DNA of 32,000 bases, from assembly GCA_023898645.1 (NCBI GenBank), contig CP060232.1, positions 210,001 through 242,000 of the forward strand. Reading direction: 5' to 3'. This document shows positions 26,356-32,000 of the stretch, piece by piece (the first letter of the stretch is position 1; each line of letters opens with the position of its first letter). This stretch comes from Candidatus Saccharimonadota bacterium. GTDB lineage: Bacteria; Patescibacteriota; Saccharimonadia; Saccharimonadales; Saccharimonadaceae. The translations under genes and the position numbers were made by a program. The notes beneath the pieces are model-generated. The model ran no database searches. It saw only the letters and a program-made list of their open reading frames with translations, and was not told the origin of the DNA.

Positions 26356-26356
26356 T

Positions 26357-26433
26357 TGGAGGGTCCAGTGAGGCTTGAACTCACGACACCCTGCTTAAAA
26401 GGCAGGTGCTCTAACCAGCTGAGCTATGGACCC
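26357..26433 (-). tRNA. tRNA-Lys (anticodon UUU), CCA encoded
   Basis: The reverse complement folds by hand into a cloverleaf. Acceptor GGGTCCA/TGGACCC, D-arm GCTC/GAGC, anticodon stem CCTGC/GCAGG with loop CTTTTAA, T-arm GTGAG-TTCAAGC-CTCAC, discriminator T, CCA. 77 nt. Confidence 0.95.
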
Positions 26434-26546
26434 GCGTCGGCGTTCACTCTGAGTTCTCGCTTCCAAGCAAGCTTGAAAGCTGTCACTCATTCGTTACGCC
26501 TCCTTTCAATTTTCCAAACAGCTAAAGCTTGGTTTGAAAAATTGTG

Positions 26547-26572
26547 GGCGAACAGGTTCGCCTGAGAGGCGA
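26547..26572 (-). terminator. Possible terminator after pgl (two alternative hairpins)
   Basis: On the minus strand, GGCGAAC-CT-GTTCGCC is followed by CACAATTTTT. The alternative TCGCC-TCTCA-GGCGA shares one arm. Confidence 0.35.
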
Positions 26573-26607
26573 CCTTGGAATAGGATAGCATTTTACAGGG
26601 GTATCTG

Positions 26608-27321
26608 TCAATTAGGTGAAGCGGCGGTGTCGACAAGCCAGTGCACTGAGCCTTCATGCGTCTCAACTATGGCGACGGCTAAGCCGATTGGCATTTGGCT
26701 GTTTAGCTGTGCCTCGGTGACGGCTCGCTTTTTGTCTGCGCCTGCGGCTAAAATAACGACCGTAGCGGCACCTTGAAGTGCGCGTAGCGACAAACTAATG
26801 CGATCGCGAGGTGGCTTGGGAGAATCGTGTACAGGTATAACTAAATCATTGGCCGGCAGCAAGCTGTTGTGTCCGGGAAAAAGAGACAACGTGTGACCGT
26901 CTTGGCCAACACCAAGCCACACTAAATCAAACCGTGGCAGACCGTTGTCAATTTTGGGTAGCGACGAAAGCTGGTTCGAATAATTTTTGGCTGCATTTTC
27001 GGCAGACTGGTCAGACAACGGGCGTAGTTTTACGGTAGGTAAGTCACCAATGATTTCGTTGATTGCATGCCAGTTGCTGTCTGGACCGTCGAGTCTACCC
27101 ACGCGCTCGTCGCCTAGTATGACGGTGACCTTTGACCAATCTACGTCGTTCTCGTGATTCGCTGCAATGATTCTGTACGTCATAAGCGGCGTAGAGCCAC
27201 CGGCTAGTACCCATACGGCACTACCATATGTTTCGATGGCACCTTTTAGTACGTCGACGGTCTGCTTGGCAGCCGCCTTCGCAAGGAGTGAAGGATCATC
27301 GAATACACGTATGTCGCTCAT
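26608..27321 (-). CDS. pgl: 6-phosphogluconolactonase
   Basis: I prefer the Met at 27321 (MSDIRVFDD..., 237 aa). The track ORF to 27531 would overlap the divergent comEC start. Motifs LAGGSTP, ILGDERV, GVGQDGHTLSLFPG. Confidence 0.85.
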   Translation of the reverse strand: MSDIRVFDDPSLLAKAAAKQTVDVLKGAIETYGSAVWVLAGGSTPLMTYRIIAANHENDVDWSKVTVILGDERVGRLDGPDSNWHAINEIIGDLPTVKLRPLSDQSAENAAKNYSNQLSSLPKIDNGLPRFDLVWLGVGQDGHTLSLFPGHNSLLPANDLVIPVHDSPKPPRDRISLSLRALQGAATVVILAAGADKKRAVTEAQLNSQMPIGLAVAIVETHEGSVHWLVDTAASPN

Positions 27322-27358
27322 AGTTATAGTATGACACATCTTAAGGTATCCTTGAAAC

Positions 27359-28816
27359 ATGCAGTTATGGCAGTTGAGGCAGAAAGTCCATTCATCTTGG
27401 TTGATCGCAATGGCATGTGTGGCGATTGTTGTTGGTACGGCTTCCGCACCAATTATTAACCAAGCGATATTTAGTTCGGCGGCATGGTTATTCGTTGGGA
27501 TTGCGTTGGCTACGGTCGTCCTGTGGCGCAAGTCGATTTATCTTGTTCCGTTGATAATTATCGCTGGCCTGATTGTTGGATTCTGGCGCGGCTCATTGTT
27601 GCAGTCACGGCTTGTTGTGTATCGCGGTCTTGTCGGTCACTCAGTAACTGTGCATGGAAAAGTGACGGACGATCCTGATTCTGGACGGAGCGGAGAAACC
27701 TTATTGCGACTAGGAGATGTCACTATTAACGGACATGAAGTTACAGGAAAAGTATGGGTTAGCACGACGAGAGCAGGTGATATAAAAAGGGGAGACATCG
27801 CGCGAGTAAAAGGAGTGTTGAGTAAGGGGTTTGGTAGTTTTGCTGCGGTGATGTACCGGGCGAATGTTGTTGGCTGGCAGCGACCGGAACCTGGCGATGT
27901 GGCGCGTCAGGTTCGTGATTGGTTCGCCGACAAGATTCGGCTTGGTATAAGCGAGCCGCAGGCTAGCCTGGGGCTGGGTTATTTATTAGGACAAAGGCGT
28001 GCACTGCCTACGGAGTTGCAGCAGGCTTTGGTTGTGACGGGGCTAACGCATGTGGTTGTGGCGAGTGGGTACAACCTTACAATTTTGGTCCGGCTAGCAC
28101 GGCGATTGTTTGAAAAAATCTCGAAATATCTTTCAGCACTGTCCGCGACGGTGATGATTGCTGCATTCATGGCTGTGACGGGCGCGAGCCCGAGTATGTC
28201 GCGGGCAGGGTTGGTGTCGGGCATGAGCTTGGCAGCTTGGTATTACGGACGCAAATTCCACCCGCTTGTCATACTGCCATTTGCCGCCGCCATGACGGTA
28301 CTTATAGACCCGACATATGCATGGAATGATCTTGGCTGGCAATTAAGTTTTACGGCATTTGCGGGCGTTATGATTTTAGCGCCGCTTATGCAGCGATACT
28401 TTTTTGGCGATAAAGATCCGGGTACGATTCGACAGATTTTGGGTGAAACGATAAGTGCGCACATCGTGACGCTACCTGTACTCGTACTAGCCTTTGGTCA
28501 GTTTAGTAACGTCGCTATTTTTTCAAATCTACTTATATTACCACTTGTACCCTTGGCGATGCTGCTTACTTTTATAGCCGGTATTGGCACTATCTTTGCT
28601 CCAGTTTGTGCGGCTGCCCTTGGATTTCCGGCGCAGGCTGTGCTGATATATATGACGGGCGTTGTTCATTATTTTGCCAGTTTGTCATGGGCGCAGACGA
28701 TTATTGAGATTCAGCCGTGGGAGGTGTGGCTTTCGTACGCGTTCATTGTCTTCATTTGCGTTTATCTTTGGCGGGTTACGAAATACGATCTGAGAAACGC
28801 GAACATCGTCGAGTGA
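27359..28816 (+). CDS. comEC: ComEC/Rec2-family DNA internalization channel, short form lacking the C-terminal metallo-beta-lactamase domain
   Basis: 485 aa. N-terminal TM plus OB-like DUF4131 region (VTVHGKVTDDP...), competence domain (LVVTGLTHVVVASGYNLTIL), and many TM helices. The protein ends directly after the TM bundle. Confidence 0.85.
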   Translation: MQLWQLRQKVHSSWLIAMACVAIVVGTASAPIINQAIFSSAAWLFVGIALATVVLWRKSIYLVPLIIIAGLIVGFWRGSLLQSRLVVYRGLVGHSVTVHGKVTDDPDSGRSGETLLRLGDVTINGHEVTGKVWVSTTRAGDIKRGDIARVKGVLSKGFGSFAAVMYRANVVGWQRPEPGDVARQVRDWFADKIRLGISEPQASLGLGYLLGQRRALPTELQQALVVTGLTHVVVASGYNLTILVRLARRLFEKISKYLSALSATVMIAAFMAVTGASPSMSRAGLVSGMSLAAWYYGRKFHPLVILPFAAAMTVLIDPTYAWNDLGWQLSFTAFAGVMILAPLMQRYFFGDKDPGTIRQILGETISAHIVTLPVLVLAFGQFSNVAIFSNLLILPLVPLAMLLTFIAGIGTIFAPVCAAALGFPAQAVLIYMTGVVHYFASLSWAQTIIEIQPWEVWLSYAFIVFICVYLWRVTKYDLRNANIVE

Positions 28817-28876
28817 GTGGAATTTTGCGACAGTATAGTTTATAATATCTATCAAATCTAATCTTGGGAATTATGT

Positions 28877-29599
28877 ATGTCTGGACACAGTAAATGGTCA
28901 ACTATTAAACGAGAAAAGGGCGCAAAAGACGCTAAGCGCGGTGCGATCTTTACGAAAATCGGTAATCAAATTGCCATTGCTGCACGTTCTGGTACCGACC
29001 CTACCATGAATTCATCACTGGCGATGGCTATCGAAAAAGCCAAGCAGGCCAACATGCCCAACGCAAATATTCAGCGTGCTATAGACCGCGCGAATGACAA
29101 AAATGCTGCCGTTTTAGAAGAAACTGCCTATGAGGGAATGGGTCCTGGTGGCATAGGAATCATTATCGAGACCGCGACCGACAACAAGAACAGGACCTTT
29201 CCGGAAGTGCGAAATGCTCTGCAAAAAAACGGCGGTCGTATTGCCGACGCCGGTAGCGTGATGTTTCAATTTGACCGTAAGGGCGTTATCCGCGTAGAAG
29301 CTACAGGTGAGGACGCATTATTAGAGATTTTGGATGCCGGAGCAGAAGACGCAGTTGAAGAAGACGGCGAGATTATCGTCTATACGGACCAAAAAGAACT
29401 TGCAAAGGTGCGCACAGCGATTGCCGACGCCGGACTGAAAGTGCTAGATGCCGAATTGCAATACGTTGCGAAAAATATGATAGAAGTAGCAGAGTCTGAG
29501 GCAGCGCAAAAAGTACTGAAACTCCTCGACGCACTCGATGATTTAGATGACGTGGTAAACGTCCATACAAACGCAGATATTACAGCCGATATTCAATAA
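28877..29599 (+). CDS. yebC: YebC/PmpR-family transcriptional regulator
   Basis: 240 aa. MSGHSKWSTIKREKGAKDAKRGAIFTK N-terminus is diagnostic. Confidence 0.95.
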   Translation: MSGHSKWSTIKREKGAKDAKRGAIFTKIGNQIAIAARSGTDPTMNSSLAMAIEKAKQANMPNANIQRAIDRANDKNAAVLEETAYEGMGPGGIGIIIETATDNKNRTFPEVRNALQKNGGRIADAGSVMFQFDRKGVIRVEATGEDALLEILDAGAEDAVEEDGEIIVYTDQKELAKVRTAIADAGLKVLDAELQYVAKNMIEVAESEAAQKVLKLLDALDDLDDVVNVHTNADITADIQ

Positions 29600-29607
29600 G
29601 CTTATAG

Positions 29608-29636
29608 TTTACACTCAGTTTAATACTCTGTATATT
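29608..29636 (+). promoter_or_regulatory. Putative promoter for the 29647 gene
   Basis: TTTACA, 17-nt spacer, TATATT. The ATG is 10 nt downstream. Confidence 0.5.
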
Positions 29637-29646
29637 TTAAGGTAAT

Positions 29647-31344
29647 ATGCGAGTTGCGAGGGTTTTATTAAGTTTGTTGGTTGTGCTGGGACAGGTAGTC
29701 ACCTATGTGCCAACAGCAAAAGCTGATATTGCGACAACTCCTAATTCTAGCGTCGTTATAGCCCAAATGTACCCAGGCGCTTCGGGAACGGCTACGCAGG
29801 AATTTGTTGAGCTTTACAATAATTTCACTTCTCCGATTGAAGTAACGAATTGGTGCGTTAACTATATTTCATCGACAGGCAATACGACGAAGAAGCTTGC
29901 TTGCCTAGACTCCCCAGACGTCAGTACCGGGCTGTGGCTTGGTGCAGGTGGCTATGCGGTGTTTGTTTCGAATGACCTAAGGGATGCTATGTCGGTAACG
30001 GCCGATGCGTACTTTAGTGGTGGGATAAGCGCCGATCATGGTCATATTGTGCTTGTTGATGCGAGTAATAATGAAATCGACAGGCTAGGCTGGGGTGACG
30101 CAATAAATCCGGAGACGACGGCTGTCGCGTCTCCAGCGAATGGCAAGGCATTGCAGCGAAAAACGGCAAGCTTTCACTTGCAGGACACCGATGACAATAG
30201 TGTTGATTTTATCGAATCAGATCCACTGCTACATGCATCCGGTGTGTATGAAGATACGTTAGCCACGGATGTCTGCCCGAACATAGTCGACGCGCAGACT
30301 ACCATGCCGGATGGTTATTTAGCTGATGAAAATGGCGATTGTCAGCCGGATAGTTGCTTAAACCTTGATGGCCTACAAATTAGCGTGCCAGAAGGTTATG
30401 ATAGCGACGGAGCGGGTGTGTGTACGCAGCATGACGAGTGCGAAAATGTTGATGGCGTGCAGACTGACATACCTACCGGCATGGTGCGTGACGGCGCAAA
30501 TGATTGTAGCTGGAACGTGTTGCCAATCACGTTGACTGAACTTTACCCAAATGCGACGGGCAGCGATACGGGTAATGAATTTATCGAAGTGTACAATCCA
30601 ACTGATACGATGGTTGATTTAAGCCTGTACACGATTCGTGTGGGTATCAATTTAGACAAGACGTTTACATTTCCGATTGGTGCGACGATCGCACCAGGTG
30701 AATACAAGTCGTTTGATAATAATACGATTAAATTCTCGCTCGTAAACTCAACGAGTCGTGTTCAACTGGTTGGGCTTGATAATGTCGTGTATGGTGACAG
30801 CACTAATTACGAAAATCCGAATGAAGGCGAGTCATGGGCACTTATAAAAGGAACCTGGCAATATACTAATCGTCCAACGCCAAGCGATGAAAATCTCGCA
30901 TCGATTACTGTCGAGACGAACGATAATTCCAGTAGTGGCACTAGCCCGACTTTAAAACCATGCGCACCTAATCAGTATCGTAATCCTGACACGAATCGCT
31001 GTAAAAAAATTTCTACGACTTCGTTGGCACCATGTAACGATGGCCAAGTTAGAAATCCTGAAACGAATCGTTGCCGTAATGTCGTAACGACGGCGAGCGT
31101 CCGAAAGCCTTGTAGTGACAATCAGTATCGAAGTGAGGATACGAATCGATGCCGAAACTTGCCAGCCGCTACGGTACCTGACGCTAACTTTGCAGTTCAG
31201 CCCATCAAAGATACAGGTACGGCGTTCGTTGGCTGGTGGGCGCTTGGCGGAGTTGGCCTGCTTGCTGCAGGCTACGGCGCGTGGGAGTGGCGACGAGAGC
31301 TTGCGATGCTGTGGCAAAAAGGTCTTTATCGTTTCCATAAATAA
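29647..31344 (+). CDS. Secreted, C-terminally anchored protein with two lamin-tail domains and two Cys-repeat families
   Basis: 565 aa with a signal peptide. LTD1 approx 29749-30222 (QEFVELYN...WCV). Three C-x-N-x-DG-x-Q-x-x-x-P-x-G repeats at 30271-30507. LTD2 at 30523-30870 (NEFIEVYN). Three PC-x3-Q-x-R-x-x-x-TNRC(K/R) repeats at 30958-31155. TM FVGWWALGGVGLLAAGYGAW. Confidence 0.8.
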   Translation: MRVARVLLSLLVVLGQVVTYVPTAKADIATTPNSSVVIAQMYPGASGTATQEFVELYNNFTSPIEVTNWCVNYISSTGNTTKKLACLDSPDVSTGLWLGAGGYAVFVSNDLRDAMSVTADAYFSGGISADHGHIVLVDASNNEIDRLGWGDAINPETTAVASPANGKALQRKTASFHLQDTDDNSVDFIESDPLLHASGVYEDTLATDVCPNIVDAQTTMPDGYLADENGDCQPDSCLNLDGLQISVPEGYDSDGAGVCTQHDECENVDGVQTDIPTGMVRDGANDCSWNVLPITLTELYPNATGSDTGNEFIEVYNPTDTMVDLSLYTIRVGINLDKTFTFPIGATIAPGEYKSFDNNTIKFSLVNSTSRVQLVGLDNVVYGDSTNYENPNEGESWALIKGTWQYTNRPTPSDENLASITVETNDNSSSGTSPTLKPCAPNQYRNPDTNRCKKISTTSLAPCNDGQVRNPETNRCRNVVTTASVRKPCSDNQYRSEDTNRCRNLPAATVPDANFAVQPIKDTGTAFVGWWALGGVGLLAAGYGAWEWRRELAMLWQKGLYRFHK

Positions 31345-31367
31345 AGACTCGCAAGTATACTCGTGAT

Positions 31368-31844
31368 ATGAGAATCATCGGCATAGATCCCGGCACCGGC
31401 ATACTCGGCTTTGGCGTCATCGACGCGCAGGGAGGCAAGACCAAGCTGGTGACGGCGGGTGTCATAACGACACCGGCGCATACGCCGATTGACGAGCGGC
31501 TAGAGGAAATATTTGATGGTCTGACAGAGATTATCGCCGAAACGAAGCCCGAGGTTATGTCGATCGAGAAACTGTTTTTTTCGCAAAACGTCACAACGGC
31601 AATCAGCGTAGCGCAAGCGCGCGGCGTGGCTATGCTGACCGGCCGCAAGGCAAAGCTGCCAATCGCAGAATATACGCCACAGCAGATCAAACAGACACTG
31701 ACTGGCTATGGCAAGGCCGACAAGAAGCAGATGCAAGAAATGGTGCGGATACAACTTGGCCTGACTGAAGTGCCAAAACCCGATGACTGCGCCGATGCGC
31801 TAGCGGCGGCGATTACTCACTACATGATGAGTCGAATCGTATAA
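31368..31844 (+). CDS. ruvC: Crossover junction endodeoxyribonuclease RuvC
   Basis: 158 aa. MRIIGIDPG..., the catalytic acidic residues pattern, and DDCADALAAAITH C-terminal motif. Confidence 0.95.
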   Translation: MRIIGIDPGTGILGFGVIDAQGGKTKLVTAGVITTPAHTPIDERLEEIFDGLTEIIAETKPEVMSIEKLFFSQNVTTAISVAQARGVAMLTGRKAKLPIAEYTPQQIKQTLTGYGKADKKQMQEMVRIQLGLTEVPKPDDCADALAAAITHYMMSRIV

Positions 31845-31912
31845 CATACTGACCTCTGTTTGCAAGGGGCATTTAAGGGTTGTAATTATAAAAATCTGAT
31901 ATAATAGGTGCG

Positions 31913-32000
31913 ATGCAACGCCAAGGAAAATATACCAAGCGCGTGACGCCGACCCAACATGTTAAACGCCATTACCGACGAGGTTTTCGCTGGTGGCGCA
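31913..32000 (+). CDS. 5' end of an unidentified CDS running off the window (highly basic N-terminus)
   Basis: ATG 7 nt after an extended -10 TGaTATAAT (31897-31905). Open frame MQRQGKYTKRVTPTQHVKRHYRRGFRWWR... continues to the window edge. Not in the ORF track because it is truncated. Confidence 0.35.
   Translation, partial: MQRQGKYTKRVTPTQHVKRHYRRGFRWWR

Noticed and set aside
26121-26356. tRNA-Lys as an integration site for a mobile element carrying the adjacent hydrolase gene
   Set aside because: I saw no integrase, no duplicated tRNA 3' segment (att-like direct repeat) and no other mobility genes in the flanks. The AT-rich spacer is better explained by promoters and terminators.
26395-26490. 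Minus-strand 31-codon ORF with an excellent SD (AAAGGAGG, 8-nt spacing) just upstream of the tRNA
   Set aside because: The ORF runs into the tRNA-Lys gene and terminates at the TAA formed by the anticodon loop, so it is almost certainly coincidental. The SD-like sequence may be part of the tRNA promoter or leader region.
26356-26565. 69-aa plus-strand ORF from the track
   Set aside because: It overlaps the reverse complement of a canonical tRNA-Lys and the adjacent intergenic spacer. It has no SD and the translation is implausible.
27322-27531. 70-codon N-terminal extension of pgl given by the ORF track
   Set aside because: It would overlap the divergent comEC start by 170 nt and adds a non-homologous, hydrophobic, Cys/His-rich sequence. 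The conserved 6PGL fold begins at MSDIRVFDD (27321), which has a -10-like box just upstream.
9494-28816. Alternative genetic code with UGA recoded, as in some CPR lineages
   Set aside because: TGA terminates well-delimited genes at the expected protein ends: GNAT at 9494-9496, the retropepsin-like gene at 22192-22194 and comEC at 28814-28816. No conserved protein requires read-through of an in-frame TGA.

Overview
Compact, gene-dense bacterial chromosomal window read with the standard code; TGA terminates several well-supported genes, so no UGA recoding. The housekeeping backbone is dnaK (7082-8998) and dnaJ (17398-18504), each behind its own perfect CIRCE operator, plus rimK with its retropepsin-like partner, pyrB, pgl, tRNA-Lys(UUU), a short-form comEC, yebC and ruvC. 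The gene content and style (giant surface protein, sortase, VirB6-like polytopic protein, short ComEC, lamin-tail-domain protein, overlapping convergent gene ends, -10 boxes abutting start codons) fit a reduced-genome monoderm such as a Patescibacteria/CPR (Saccharibacteria-like) organism. That placement is inference only. Two accessory loci stand out. (i) An ~8.4-kb block wedged between dnaK and dnaJ holds a divergent sortase-centred cluster (11973-17328). It encodes three paralogous Asn/Gly/Thr-rich repeat proteins: one with an LPYTA sorting signal, one freely secreted two-repeat protein bracketed by RNA hairpins, and one 614-aa membrane-anchored protein with four ~97-aa modules. This is my best candidate for an undescribed cell-surface fibre or amyloid-like system. 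(ii) A 1849-aa protein without a signal peptide (1368-6917) is built from 13 DTN..KGTG modules and 7 TQTLTNKT linkers. It carries phage tail-fibre hallmark motifs but has no prophage context, and it is preceded by a leader with five tandem Shine-Dalgarno-like heptamers. No CRISPR array, transposase, integrase or rRNA was seen.
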